Shown here piece by piece: positions 1 through 9,040 of a DNA stretch of 32,000 nucleotides. Origin of the DNA: Candidatus Arthromitus sp. SFB-rat-Yit (lineage in GTDB: Bacteria; Bacillota; Clostridia; Clostridiales; Clostridiaceae); contig NC_016012.1 in NCBI RefSeq assembly GCF_000283555.1, forward strand, positions 1,410,001 to 1,442,000, given 5' to 3'. Both the position numbers and the translations under genes were made by a program. Numbering within the stretch: position 1 is the stretch's first letter; each line of letters opens with the position of its first letter. The notes beneath the pieces are model-generated. The model did no database searches, had not been told where the DNA came from, and saw only the letters and a list, made by a program, of their open reading frames with translations.

Positions 1-635
1 TTCTTAAAACATTTCAATAATTTTCTTTTTATTCTTTGTATAGCATTATCTATAGATTTAGGTTGTCGATCTAACAAATATGCTATTTGTTGGTAACTTC
101 TACCTATAATGTAATAATGTAATACTATCTTTTCATATCTAGATAAGTTTCTTAAAACATGCCTTTCTATCTCATTTATTTGCTCTTTATCAACAAATAA
201 ATCTTCAGGATCAGATATTCTTAATGATTCTGTAATATCTAATAGTGTTTTATCTGATTCATCATCATAAATGGGTTTATTTAAGGATATATATGTATTT
301 AACGGTATATGTTTTTGTCTTGTAGCAGTTTTTATAGCTGTGATAATCTGCCTTGTTATACATAATTCGGCAAAACATTTAAAACTAGATAACTTATTAC
401 TATTATAATCTCTAATAGCTTTATATAATCCGATTAATCCCTCTTGATATATATCCTCCTTATCTGCTCCTATAAGGAAGTAAGATTTTGATTTTAACTG
501 TATAAACTTTTTATATTTATTAATAAGTATTTCTATTGACTTACTATCGCCTTGTTTAGCTTTACTTAAAATAAACTCCTCTTCTATATCATAATTAGTA
601 TTCAAATCATCTATATCAAACGAGCTATTAATCAT
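1..635 (-). CDS. sigH: RNA polymerase sporulation/stationary-phase sigma factor SigH (3' end runs off the left edge of the window)
   Basis: Not in the ORF track because it is open at the edge. My translation from the ATG at 635..633 reads MINSSFDIDDLNTNYDIEEEFILSKAKQGDSKSIEILINKYKKFIQLKSKSYFLIGADKEDIYQEGLIGLYKAIRDYNSNKLSSFKCFAELCITRQIITAIKTATRQKHIPLN...KSIDNAIQRIKRKLLKCFK. That is a sigma-70 region 2/4 pattern typical of SigH. AAGGAGTG RBS at 641..648 (minus). It sits after yacP, as in Bacillus. Confidence 0.85.
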   Translation of the reverse strand, partial: MINSSFDIDDLNTNYDIEEEFILSKAKQGDSKSIEILINKYKKFIQLKSKSYFLIGADKEDIYQEGLIGLYKAIRDYNSNKLSSFKCFAELCITRQIITAIKTATRQKHIPLNTYISLNKPIYDDESDKTLLDITESLRISDPEDLFVDKEQINEIERHVLRNLSRYEKIVLHYYIIGRSYQQIAYLLDRQPKSIDNAIQRIKRKLLKCFK

Positions 636-651
636 TTATTCACTCCTTAAA

Positions 652-1203
652 TTACTTAATTCTTCTTATATTTTCTAATTTCTGAACAATATCATCACTT
701 AAATTATCAACAAATAAAAATCCAGAATTTTTATAATTGTTTTCATTTATTTCTTTATTTATTTTTTTATTAACTCTGTGCACATCATCATAAAACTCTA
801 AACTGGACATTCTATAAGCACCTCTTTGAAAGATAATCTGTTGTTCCATAAAATCAGAAGTAACCACTATAATCTCAACTTTTTTGGCAGTATTATGAAC
901 TATTTTTTCTATATATGTATCTGCAAATTCATCTTTATTAGTATATATTACACTTAAATTATCAGATATTTCTAATTTCCTTTCACCTGTAGAATTGGAA
1001 TTATATGCATCAAATATCAAAAATATCTTATATCCATTAAATACTGCATAATTCTCGATCACGTTTATAAGCTTATCTCTTATTATATCAAAATCTAAAT
1101 CTTTAATATTTTTGAAATTAGGCCATGAATTTATTACATTATATGCATCAACAAAAATAATTTTCACTATATCAATACCTACTTTGAATATTTTTAATCT
1201 CAT
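652..1203 (-). CDS. yacP: NYN-domain RNase, YacP/Rae1 family
   Basis: The FVDAYNVINSW...LIFDAY motif pattern and the ~170-aa size match YacP. Position is the conserved rlmB-yacP-sigH one. The ATG at 1203 overlaps rlmB by 32 nt. An in-frame GTG at 1167 would give MKIIFVDAYNV, closer to the Bacillus N-terminus, and is an equally plausible start. Confidence 0.75.
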   Translation of the reverse strand: MRLKIFKVGIDIVKIIFVDAYNVINSWPNFKNIKDLDFDIIRDKLINVIENYAVFNGYKIFLIFDAYNSNSTGERKLEISDNLSVIYTNKDEFADTYIEKIVHNTAKKVEIIVVTSDFMEQQIIFQRGAYRMSSLEFYDDVHRVNKKINKEINENNYKNSGFLFVDNLSDDIVQKLENIRRIK

Positions 1204-1912
1204 ACATTATAATACCTGCTGCTACAGAAACATTAAAAGAATCAATTTTACCATACATAGGAATTTTAACCTTAACATCACAAAATGTTAGAAGCTCTTT
1301 ATCCACACCCGTTTCCTCATTACCTATAATTAAAACTATCGGATATTTGTAATTTATATCACTTAAATTTATTTTAGTATTTAAGCTTGTTGCAATAATT
1401 TTAAATCCTATATCCTTAAATTTTAATATGACATTTGGGATATTATTTGCTCTACATATATTCAGGTGCGCTACTGCTCCCATAGATGTTTTCCATACAG
1501 TATTATTTACATCACAACTTCTTTTTTGTGGTATAATTATATTTTTTATTCCCATAATTTCTGCAGTTCTTAATATAGATCCTAAATTTCTAGGATCCTG
1601 TATACTATCCAAAATTAATACAATTTCATCACTTTCATTATCTACATTATTTATAATTTCATTTATTTTAAAATATTTGTATTCCGGTATTCTAACTGCA
1701 ATCCCTTGATGCACCCCATAATTGCATAGTATATTCATATCATTACTATATATGCTTTTTATATTTATACATTTTTTCTTAGCATATTCTAAAATTTTTA
1801 AAACTTTATCCTGTTTTATATTCTTACTTATGTATATTTCTGATATTTCAAGATCACTATTTATAACTTCTTGCACTACTTTTCTTCCATAAATAATGTT
1901 TTTTCTCCCCAA
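1172..1912 (-). CDS. rlmB: 23S rRNA (guanosine-2'-O)-methyltransferase, SpoU/TrmH family (RlmB)
   Basis: N-terminal substrate-binding domain (IYGRKVVQEVI). SpoU motifs LILDSIQDPRNLGSILRTAE, LIIGNEETG and IPMYGKIDSFNVSVAAGI. TTG start with AAGGAG 10 nt upstream. Synteny mrnC-rlmB-yacP. Confidence 0.8.
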   Translation of the reverse strand: MGRKNIIYGRKVVQEVINSDLEISEIYISKNIKQDKVLKILEYAKKKCINIKSIYSNDMNILCNYGVHQGIAVRIPEYKYFKINEIINNVDNESDEIVLILDSIQDPRNLGSILRTAEIMGIKNIIIPQKRSCDVNNTVWKTSMGAVAHLNICRANNIPNVILKFKDIGFKIIATSLNTKINLSDINYKYPIVLIIGNEETGVDKELLTFCDVKVKIPMYGKIDSFNVSVAAGIIMYEIKNIQSRY

Positions 1913-1926
1913 AATAAATCTACTCC

Positions 1927-2340
1927 TTAAATTAGTTTAAATATCTCATCAAATATAAAGTCCAATCTTTTAAAATCCCCAACCATATATAAATATCCTA
2001 CAATACTTTCTAGGCCAGTAGCCGTTTTATAATTCCCAACACTGCAATTCTTAGGAATAGTTCTGACTTTACTATTCCTACCTCTTTTAAAATAATAGTT
2101 CTCCTCTTCTCCAAATAAATACTTTATTTTATAATATATATCATTTTGAAATTTAGCATTCACATACTTTATAACTTCTAAGTGTAATTTATTCGAATCT
2201 ATATAACCAAACTTTCTTAACATATAATTTCTAAAATACATCTCATAAACACAATCGCCAATGTATGCTATACTTAATATATTAAAACTTTTAATCCTTT
2301 TTTTATCATATGTATACAAATTAAACATACTCCAACTCAT
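1927..2340 (-). CDS. mrnC: Mini-ribonuclease 3 (Mini-III)
   Basis: 137 aa. SIAYIGDCVYEMYFR is an RNase III-like signature (AYIGD). ATGLESIVGYLY is also present. Located immediately downstream of cysS, as in Bacillus. Confidence 0.8.
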   Translation of the reverse strand: MSWSMFNLYTYDKKRIKSFNILSIAYIGDCVYEMYFRNYMLRKFGYIDSNKLHLEVIKYVNAKFQNDIYYKIKYLFGEEENYYFKRGRNSKVRTIPKNCSVGNYKTATGLESIVGYLYMVGDFKRLDFIFDEIFKLI

Positions 2341-2368
2341 AGTTTCACCATGTAAAGATAAACATAAC

Positions 2369-3787
2369 TTATACTAATACTATATATATTAAATTATTAT
2401 TTATATCCTTAATTCTAGTTCCATCATTTATATCTTCTAATATGTAACCTCTTTTCACTAATTCGTCTCTTATTATATCCGCCTGATCAAATTGTTTTTT
2501 TTGTTTAAATTGCATTCTTTTTTTTACCATCTCTTTTACATCATTTTCTATTTCTTTAAATTCTTCAATTTCTTTATAAGTCAATCCAAAAATATCAAAA
2601 AAACTATCAAAAATTTTTATACTTTCGCTTAATTCCAAACTATTAAAATTTGTTATATATTTATTAACATACTTAACAAATTCAAAAATAACCGATATTG
2701 CATCCGCAGTATTAAAATCATCATTCATTTTATCTATAAATGTACTATGATATTTTCTAATATCATCTAAACATTCATTCTTATTTACATTATCACATTC
2801 TTTAAAATTTATAAGATTAAAATATACTTTTTTTATTCTAGATAATGATTTATTAGCAGATTCCATGTATTCTTCATCAAATGAGATATTATTCCTATAA
2901 TGAACTGATAATAAAAAAAATCTTATAACATCACCTGTATATCTATTTAAAATTTCTCTTATAGTAAAAAAATTTTCTAATGATTTAGACATTTTTTCAT
3001 TACCTACATTCAGAAAAGAACAATGCATCCAATAATTAGCCAATTTTTTATTTTCCAACACCTCAATTTGGGCTATTTCATTTTCATGATGCGGAAATAC
3101 TAAATCTATGCCACCACCGTGTATATCTATGGTATCACCATCAAAATATTTATATATCATAGAACAACATTCTGTATGCCATCCAGGTCTACCTATACCC
3201 CAAGGAGAATCATACCCTGGTTCATTTTCCTTATTTTTCTTCCATAATATAAAATCTAATGCATCCTTCTTATTTTTATTTATTTTTATTCTGGATCCAG
3301 ATTTTAATGTATTTATATCTTGTCCAAATAATTTCCCATAACTTCCAAATTCTCTAACAGAAAAATAAACATCTCCATCTATTTCATAAGCAAATCCACT
3401 ATACATCAATTTTGATATTAAGTTAATCATATCCTCTATACAATCAGTAGCTCTAGGATTTTGAGTAGCTCTCTTTATATTTAATCTATCAGAATCAACA
3501 TAATATTCTTCTATGTATTTATTAGATATCTCACATATAGTTCTATTCTCTTTAATAGATTTATTTATTATCTTATCATCTATATCAGTAAAATTCTGAA
3601 TATAATTTACTGAATATCCATTGTATTCAAGATATCGTCTAACGCAATCAAAAAATATAAATGTTCTGGCGTTACCTAAATGAAATAAATCATACACGGT
3701 TGGACCGCAAACATACATGTTTACAATTTCCTTATTAATTGGTTTAAATTCTTCCTTAATTCTAGTCAGCGTATTAAATATTTTCAT
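2369..3787 (-). CDS. cysS: Cysteine--tRNA ligase
   Basis: Class I HIGH motif (CGPTVYDLFHLGNAR), KMSKS motif (EKMSKSLENF), WHTECC zinc/cysteine-binding region. The ORF-track start at 3832 is an extension. The ATG at 3787 (MKIFNTLTR) has AGGAGA 8 nt upstream and avoids overlapping ispD. Confidence 0.92.
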   Translation of the reverse strand: MKIFNTLTRIKEEFKPINKEIVNMYVCGPTVYDLFHLGNARTFIFFDCVRRYLEYNGYSVNYIQNFTDIDDKIINKSIKENRTICEISNKYIEEYYVDSDRLNIKRATQNPRATDCIEDMINLISKLMYSGFAYEIDGDVYFSVREFGSYGKLFGQDINTLKSGSRIKINKNKKDALDFILWKKNKENEPGYDSPWGIGRPGWHTECCSMIYKYFDGDTIDIHGGGIDLVFPHHENEIAQIEVLENKKLANYWMHCSFLNVGNEKMSKSLENFFTIREILNRYTGDVIRFFLLSVHYRNNISFDEEYMESANKSLSRIKKVYFNLINFKECDNVNKNECLDDIRKYHSTFIDKMNDDFNTADAISVIFEFVKYVNKYITNFNSLELSESIKIFDSFFDIFGLTYKEIEEFKEIENDVKEMVKKRMQFKQKKQFDQADIIRDELVKRGYILEDINDGTRIKDINNNLIYIVLV

Positions 3788-3803
3788 TTTAAATTCTCCT
3801 AAA

Positions 3804-4487
3804 CTAAAATAATCTTTGAATTGATTCTCCAATATAAATATCTTCTTTATTAGTGATTTTAATATTAAGTCTGTTTCCTAAATAAAAATATGTCTTTTCT
3901 CCAATTAAATCTAACGCGCTACTTTCATCAGTTACATTAATTCCATGTTTATTTATATAATTATAAGCACAAATCAATTTGCTTTTTTTAAAGCATTGGG
4001 GAGTTTGAATTATTAATAACTTTTCTCTTTTTAAGGTTTTAATTTCACTATCATTGTTAAATTTTATCGTATCATTTGGAGTTACATAACAAGATGAGGC
4101 ACCATATTCATTGGCATACTTAACAGCATTACTTATACATTCATCACTTAAAAAAGGTCTAGCAGCATCATGTATTAATACATACTCACCATGAACTATA
4201 TTTAATGCATTATAAACAGAATCTTGCCTATTTTCTCCTCCAATAACTATTTTTATTTTATCAATACCAGAAAACCACTTATTAAGTATATTTTTTTTAC
4301 AATATTCTATATAAATATCTTCTAAAACTAAATATATATTATCTATATACTTATTATTTAAGATTTTATTTAAAGAATAATATAATACAGGTTTATTATT
4401 AATTTCCATAAACTGTTTATTTATTTCAGAATTCATACGTCTCGATCTTCCAGCCGCTAAAAGTATACAATCTGAGTTTTTATACAT
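3804..4487 (-). CDS. ispD: 2-C-methyl-D-erythritol 4-phosphate cytidylyltransferase
   Basis: ILLAAGRSRRM...KQF N-terminal nucleotidyltransferase motif, VLIHDAARPF, LIIQTPQCF. 227 aa. GGAGA RBS. Confidence 0.85.
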   Translation of the reverse strand: MYKNSDCILLAAGRSRRMNSEINKQFMEINNKPVLYYSLNKILNNKYIDNIYLVLEDIYIEYCKKNILNKWFSGIDKIKIVIGGENRQDSVYNALNIVHGEYVLIHDAARPFLSDECISNAVKYANEYGASSCYVTPNDTIKFNNDSEIKTLKREKLLIIQTPQCFKKSKLICAYNYINKHGINVTDESSALDLIGEKTYFYLGNRLNIKITNKEDIYIGESIQRLF

Positions 4488-4520
4488 TTAACTAATCTCC
4501 AAAAGTTAATATTTAAATTT

Positions 4521-4549
4521 ATTATAATCATTTTTCCATAAATTAGCAA
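4521..4549 (-). promoter_or_regulatory. Putative sigma-A promoter for ispD-cysS-...
   Basis: Minus strand reads TTGCTA-17 nt-TATAAT, about 30 nt upstream of the ispD RBS. Confidence 0.45.
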
Positions 4550-4570
4550 TTTTTTTATATAATAATTAAA

Positions 4571-4593
4571 GATATAGTTAAAATAACTATATC
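4571..4593 (-). terminator. Putative weak intrinsic terminator after clpC
   Basis: Perfect inverted repeat GATATAGTTA-aaa-TAACTATATC starting 2 nt after the clpC stop. On the minus strand it is followed by TTTAATTATTATAT. The stem is all-AT-rich, so it is weak. Confidence 0.4.
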
Positions 4594-4594
4594 C

Positions 4595-7033
4595 TTAAGG
4601 CTTCTTAAAATAAAAAATTTCATTGTCTTTTAACACAGCTTCCACATTATCTCCAGATTTAATGTTTCCTAATAATATTTGGTCAGACAAAGTATCCTCA
4701 ATATATTTAGTTATAGACCTTCTTAATGGCCTAGCCCCATATTTTTCACTCAAACTATTATCAAGTATATAATTCTTTACATCTTCACTAAAATTAATTG
4801 ATATATCTTGACTTGACACTCTAATATTAAAATCAAGTAGCATCTTATCTAATATTTTTGTGAGACTTTTTTTATCCAGCGGTTTAAATACTATCACATC
4901 ATCTAATCTATTTAAAAACTCAGGTCTAAAATTTTTCTTAAGCTCACTCAAAACATTATTTTTCATTTTAGTATAAATTTCTTCTTCATTATTCTTGTGA
5001 TTTATAAAACCTAATGATGAATTTTTATTAATTATATCTGCTCCTATGTTTGACGTTAATATTATTATTGTATTTTTAAAACTAACTCTCTTCCCATTTG
5101 AATCTGTTAAATGTCCATCTTCTAAAATTTGTAGCATTATATTAAATATATCCGGATGAGCCTTCTCTATTTCATCAAATAATATAATAGAATATGGTGA
5201 TCTCCTGACTTTCTCTGTCAATTGTCCCCCCTCTTGGAATCCAATATACCCTGGTGGTGATCCAATAATCTTTGATACCGTATGTTTTTCCATAAATTCA
5301 GACATATCAAATCTTATTATATTCTCTTCACTTCCAAAAACAATATCTGATAGAGCCTTACACAATTCAGTTTTACCAACTCCAGTAGGCCCTAAAAATA
5401 TAAATGAACCAATAGGTCTTTTAGGATCCTTAATTCCAACACGTCCACGTTTAACAGCCTTAGCAACAGATGTTACAGCCTCATTTTGATCTATTACTCT
5501 ATTTTTTAACATTTCCTCTAATTTTAATAATTTTTCCGATTCTGTTTGTGTTAATTTTTCAACTGGTATCTTAGTCCAGCTTGCTACAACAGACGCTAAC
5601 TCCTGCTCAGTAAGTATAAATTCCTTGTCATATTTTTCAACTTTCCACTTCTCTTTTGAATTTTCCAATCTTTCTTTAAGTTTCTGTTCTTTATCCCTAA
5701 GCGAAGCTGCCTTCTCAAAATCTTCTAAAGTTATCGCTTCTTGCTTTTCCTTACCAACTTTTGCTATTTCCTCTTCTATTTCTTTAACTTCAATAGGTAC
5801 TGTTAAATTTCTAACCCTTATTTTTGCAGCAGCCTCATCAATTAAATCTATAGCTTTATCTGGTAAATATCTATCTGGGATAAATCTAACAGATAGACTA
5901 ACCGCAAACCTTATAGCTTCATCAGTAATTTTTACTTTATGATGAGTTTCATATTTATCTCTTATACCCATTAATATATCTATCGTTTCATCCTCATTAG
6001 GTTCTCCAACAAATATGGGTTGAAATCTTCGTTCTAAAGCCGTATCTTTTTCTATATATTTTCTATATTCATCAATAGTTGTGGCTCCTATACACTGTAT
6101 TTCTCCTCTAGCTAAGGCTGGTTTTAATATATTAGATGCATCTATAGCTCCCTCGGCTCCACCAGCACCAATTATTGTATGTATCTCATCTATAAACAAA
6201 ATTATATTTTTGGATTTTTTTATCTCTTCCATTATTTTCTTTAATCTTTCCTCAAATTCTCCTCTGTATTTTGTTCCAGCAATCAAAGAAGATAAATCTA
6301 AGGTCACAACACGTTTATTTTTCAATATCTCCGGTATATTACCTTCTGTTATTTTTTGTGCTAACCCCTCGATAATAGCTGTTTTACCAACTCCCGGATC
6401 ACCTATTAAACATGGATTATTTTTTATTCTTCTACACAATATTTCAAGAACTCTTTGTGTTTCTATATCTCTTCCTATAACAGGATCTAATTTCCCTTCA
6501 TTAGCCAATTTTGTAAGATCTCTGCCATGCTGATCCAATACAGGTGTCGGTAAATTTTTAAGTTGTTGTTCTTTTTCGTGTGGATTTTGTATATCAATTG
6601 TAACATTAAGGGCATTTATAGTTTGGTTCCATATTTTTACTATGGACACACCTTTTTTATCTAGTATCTTATAAGCAACTCCGTCAGTTTCATTTATAAT
6701 AGATAGTAGTATATGTTCAGGAGATACATGATTATGCCCTAATTTCTTAGCCTCATCTATACTGCTCTCTATAACCTTTTTAGTCCTAGGTGTTAATGGT
6801 ATCTCACTATTTTTTATTTCTATCTCTCCTGGAGATAAAATAGTTCTAATTTCCTTAAATATATCATCATAATATACATCAAAAGAATTTAAAATTTTCT
6901 GTGCAGGTCCATCCTCTCTTAGTAAACCAAGTAATATATGTTCTGTTCCTATAAATCCATGACCCAACTTTAGTGCATCATCACCCGAATAGCTTATAAC
7001 CTTTCTAGCCCTTTCAGTTAATTTTTCAAACAT
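4595..7033 (-). CDS. clpC: ATP-dependent Clp protease ATP-binding subunit ClpC
   Basis: 812 aa. Two Clp-N repeats. Two AAA modules with Walker A GDPGVGKT and GPTGVGKT and Walker B ILFIDEIH and ILFDEIEKAH. UVR-like linker (FEKAASLRDKEQKL). Follows mcsA-mcsB. Confidence 0.93.
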   Translation of the reverse strand: MFEKLTERARKVISYSGDDALKLGHGFIGTEHILLGLLREDGPAQKILNSFDVYYDDIFKEIRTILSPGEIEIKNSEIPLTPRTKKVIESSIDEAKKLGHNHVSPEHILLSIINETDGVAYKILDKKGVSIVKIWNQTINALNVTIDIQNPHEKEQQLKNLPTPVLDQHGRDLTKLANEGKLDPVIGRDIETQRVLEILCRRIKNNPCLIGDPGVGKTAIIEGLAQKITEGNIPEILKNKRVVTLDLSSLIAGTKYRGEFEERLKKIMEEIKKSKNIILFIDEIHTIIGAGGAEGAIDASNILKPALARGEIQCIGATTIDEYRKYIEKDTALERRFQPIFVGEPNEDETIDILMGIRDKYETHHKVKITDEAIRFAVSLSVRFIPDRYLPDKAIDLIDEAAAKIRVRNLTVPIEVKEIEEEIAKVGKEKQEAITLEDFEKAASLRDKEQKLKERLENSKEKWKVEKYDKEFILTEQELASVVASWTKIPVEKLTQTESEKLLKLEEMLKNRVIDQNEAVTSVAKAVKRGRVGIKDPKRPIGSFIFLGPTGVGKTELCKALSDIVFGSEENIIRFDMSEFMEKHTVSKIIGSPPGYIGFQEGGQLTEKVRRSPYSIILFDEIEKAHPDIFNIMLQILEDGHLTDSNGKRVSFKNTIIILTSNIGADIINKNSSLGFINHKNNEEEIYTKMKNNVLSELKKNFRPEFLNRLDDVIVFKPLDKKSLTKILDKMLLDFNIRVSSQDISINFSEDVKNYILDNSLSEKYGARPLRRSITKYIEDTLSDQILLGNIKSGDNVEAVLKDNEIFYFKKP

Positions 7034-7049
7034 CAGATTACCACCTTTT

Positions 7050-8087
7050 TTAATTTTTATCTATTATCTTTATATTTTTAATAGAATTTCTCAAGAATTT
7101 AGCTCTCTCAATATCCCTTTCTTTAGAATTCATCTTATTACTTATATTTAATTGTAAAGATGCTGGTTGACATCCTATAAGTATCCCATTCATACAAATA
7201 TCAGTTTCTAATATACCTTCCTCAATACCAAGCCTTATATATGACAAATATTCTAAAGCTTCCTTAGATGTTATAGAATAACAATTACCCAATATACCAA
7301 CACTTCTAAATATTTTGTCTTTTATCTCAATTCCAAAATCATCAAATAATGACTTTCTTACATTACGCTCCTTATCTATTAACTCATTAACTATAGCATG
7401 CAAATTGTTTAATATATCTTTTTCGCTTACACCTAATGTTATTTGATTCGATATCTGAAATATATTGCCATCTATCTTACTCCCTTCTCCATAAAGTCCT
7501 CTTATAGTCATACCAATTTGAGTTAAAGCTTTATATACTTTTGATATTTGATCAGTCATAGAAAGTGCAGGTAAATGCATCATAACTGAAGTTCTCATAC
7601 CAGTACCTAAATTAGTCGGACACGTGGTTAAATATCCTATTTTTTCATCGAAAGCATAATCTAATTTTCTCTCTATAAAATCATCTAATTCCATCGCTTC
7701 ATCAAATGCCTCTTTAAGATTATATCCAGAATTAAAAAACTGCATCCTTAAATGATCTTCCTCATTAACCATTATACTAATAGTTTGATCTTCATTTATA
7801 AAACATGCACTTTTAGTAGAAAATTTAATTAAATCATTACTTATTAAATGTTTTTCAAGTAATACGTTATTAGCTATTTTACCTTGATCATTTAATTTTA
7901 TTTTCTTAAATTTATATCTATATCCAGTTAGTCCATTTTCAATCTTATCTATTACATCAATAGCACTGTTATCATCTAGTTTATGTGGAAAATTTACACC
8001 TTTTAAATTCCTAGCTAATCTTACCCTGCTACTTAGGATAAAATTATTAGAATTATTTGAAGACAAGTTAATCCAATTAGATAACAT
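7050..8087 (-). CDS. mcsB: Protein arginine kinase McsB
   Basis: 345 aa. Phosphagen-kinase C-terminal catalytic-domain pattern (SSRVRLARNL, NEEDHLRMQ, CPTNLGTGMR, TIRGLYGEGS). The ATG lies 1 nt after the mcsA stop, with AAGGAGG inside the mcsA 3' end. Confidence 0.9.
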   Translation of the reverse strand: MLSNWINLSSNNSNNFILSSRVRLARNLKGVNFPHKLDDNSAIDVIDKIENGLTGYRYKFKKIKLNDQGKIANNVLLEKHLISNDLIKFSTKSACFINEDQTISIMVNEEDHLRMQFFNSGYNLKEAFDEAMELDDFIERKLDYAFDEKIGYLTTCPTNLGTGMRTSVMMHLPALSMTDQISKVYKALTQIGMTIRGLYGEGSKIDGNIFQISNQITLGVSEKDILNNLHAIVNELIDKERNVRKSLFDDFGIEIKDKIFRSVGILGNCYSITSKEALEYLSYIRLGIEEGILETDICMNGILIGCQPASLQLNISNKMNSKERDIERAKFLRNSIKNIKIIDKN

Positions 8088-8088
8088 C

Positions 8089-8622
8089 TTACTTATCCTC
8101 CTTAGTTTTATTTTCTAATTTTTTTATAGCATCTCTCAATTCTGCAGCCTTTTCATACTCCTCTGATAAAATAGCTTTTTGTAATTTATCTTTTAAAATA
8201 ATCAATTCTCTTTTAATAATCACATCATAACCACATCTAGACGGCACCTTACCAATATGCTCCGAACTATTTTGTACTCTTTTTATAAAAATAGTTAATA
8301 TTTTTATAAACTGATTATAACATTCGTCACACCCTAATAAACCGCTGTTTTTAAATTCAGCATAAGTTGTACCGCACTTAATGCATTTCGAATCATTTAT
8401 TTTTATTACTGATGATTGCTGATTGTTATTAAAATATTCTATCAGCCCCCCCAAAATATTTAAAGAAAATGCATCTTCTGCATTTACCATATAATTTAAA
8501 TTAAATTCCCCAAGCTCTTTTGCACATTTTTCACATATATTAAGCTCTTTTTTTATACCATCAAAAACTTTAATTATGTGAACATTTGCTTTATATTTAT
8601 TACACCTTTCACATTTTTCCAA
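8089..8622 (-). CDS. mcsA: McsA, activator of protein arginine kinase (zinc-finger/UVR-domain protein)
   Basis: Two CxxC...CxxC pairs (CERC...CEKC and CIKC...CDEC) plus a C-terminal UVR motif (EEYEKAAELRDAIKKLE). TTG start with a strong GAGGTGAT SD 6 nt upstream. Confidence 0.8.
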   Translation of the reverse strand: MEKCERCNKYKANVHIIKVFDGIKKELNICEKCAKELGEFNLNYMVNAEDAFSLNILGGLIEYFNNNQQSSVIKINDSKCIKCGTTYAEFKNSGLLGCDECYNQFIKILTIFIKRVQNSSEHIGKVPSRCGYDVIIKRELIILKDKLQKAILSEEYEKAAELRDAIKKLENKTKEDK

Positions 8623-8679
8623 AATATCACCTCTAAAACATACTCTTAACTTTATTTTTATATTATCAATATATAGTTT

Positions 8680-8708
8680 ATTTAATCACATTTTAACATA
8701 TTTACCAA
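8680..8708 (-). promoter_or_regulatory. Candidate promoter for mcsA-mcsB-clpC
   Basis: Minus strand reads TTGGTA-17 nt-TTAAAT, with a TGn extended -10 (TGATTAAAT). Weak match. No CtsR heptad repeat overlaps it. Confidence 0.25.
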
Positions 8709-8747
8709 TTTTAAAAAAATAACAGAGGGTAATTTCCTCTGTTATTT
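8709..8747 (-). terminator. Intrinsic terminator after the ferredoxin gene
   Basis: Minus strand reads AAATAACAGAGG-aaattac-CCTCTGTTATTT followed by TTTTTTAAAA. 12-bp stem, and the hairpin starts about 4 nt after the stop. Confidence 0.65.
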
Positions 8748-8750
8748 TTA

Positions 8751-8924
8751 TTATTCTTGACTTATAGCACTAACAGGACATATTCCTGCACATGTTCCGC
8801 AATCTATGCATTCTTCTGGATTTATCTTATATCTCCCATCATCTTTTTGAGATATGCACATAACAGGACAATCCGCCGCACAGGCTCCACATCCTATGCA
8901 TTCATCACTAATATTAAAAGCCAT
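8751..8924 (-). CDS. 2x[4Fe-4S] ferredoxin (57 aa)
   Basis: Two CxxCxxCxxxCP motifs (CIGCGACAADCP and CIDCGTCAGICP). The real start is the ATG at 8924 (MAFNISDE), preceded by GGAGG. The ORF-track start at 8939 is a TTG lying inside the RBS. Confidence 0.85.
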   Translation of the reverse strand: MAFNISDECIGCGACAADCPVMCISQKDDGRYKINPEECIDCGTCAGICPVSAISQE

Positions 8925-9040
8925 AAAAAATACCTCCAAAAATTACACATACATATATAATATGAATTTTATTTATGCATGTAATTATAATACTACATTT
9001 TAATTACTAATAAAATATTTTTTAATCAATTTTAACCTTT

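Noticed and set aside
1299-1307. Perfect DnaA-box 9-mer TTATCCACA.
   Set aside because: It is a single copy inside the rlmB coding sequence with no cluster and no adjacent AT-rich unwinding element. A chance occurrence is plausible in 64 kb of two-strand sequence.
3788-3832. N-terminal extensions in the ORF track. Examples: cysS to 3832, lysS to 26722, rbsK from 19013, murD from 14915, ldcA from 13895, rbsC from 21935, ferredoxin to 8939, glyQS to 17754, hsdS to 25134.
   Set aside because: The extended starts are mostly TTG or GTG codons lying inside the real Shine-Dalgarno sequence or promoter, or they would create long overlaps with the upstream gene. An internal ATG with a properly spaced GGAGG-type RBS and a family-typical N-terminus exists in each case.
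8940-9040. AT-rich palindromic segments (GTAATTA...TAATTAC, and ATGCAT) between yaaT and the ferredoxin gene, as a possible terminator or operator.
   Set aside because: The stems are 6-7 bp of pure A/T with a 13-nt loop, so predicted stability is negligible. They cannot be distinguished from background in sequence this AT-rich.
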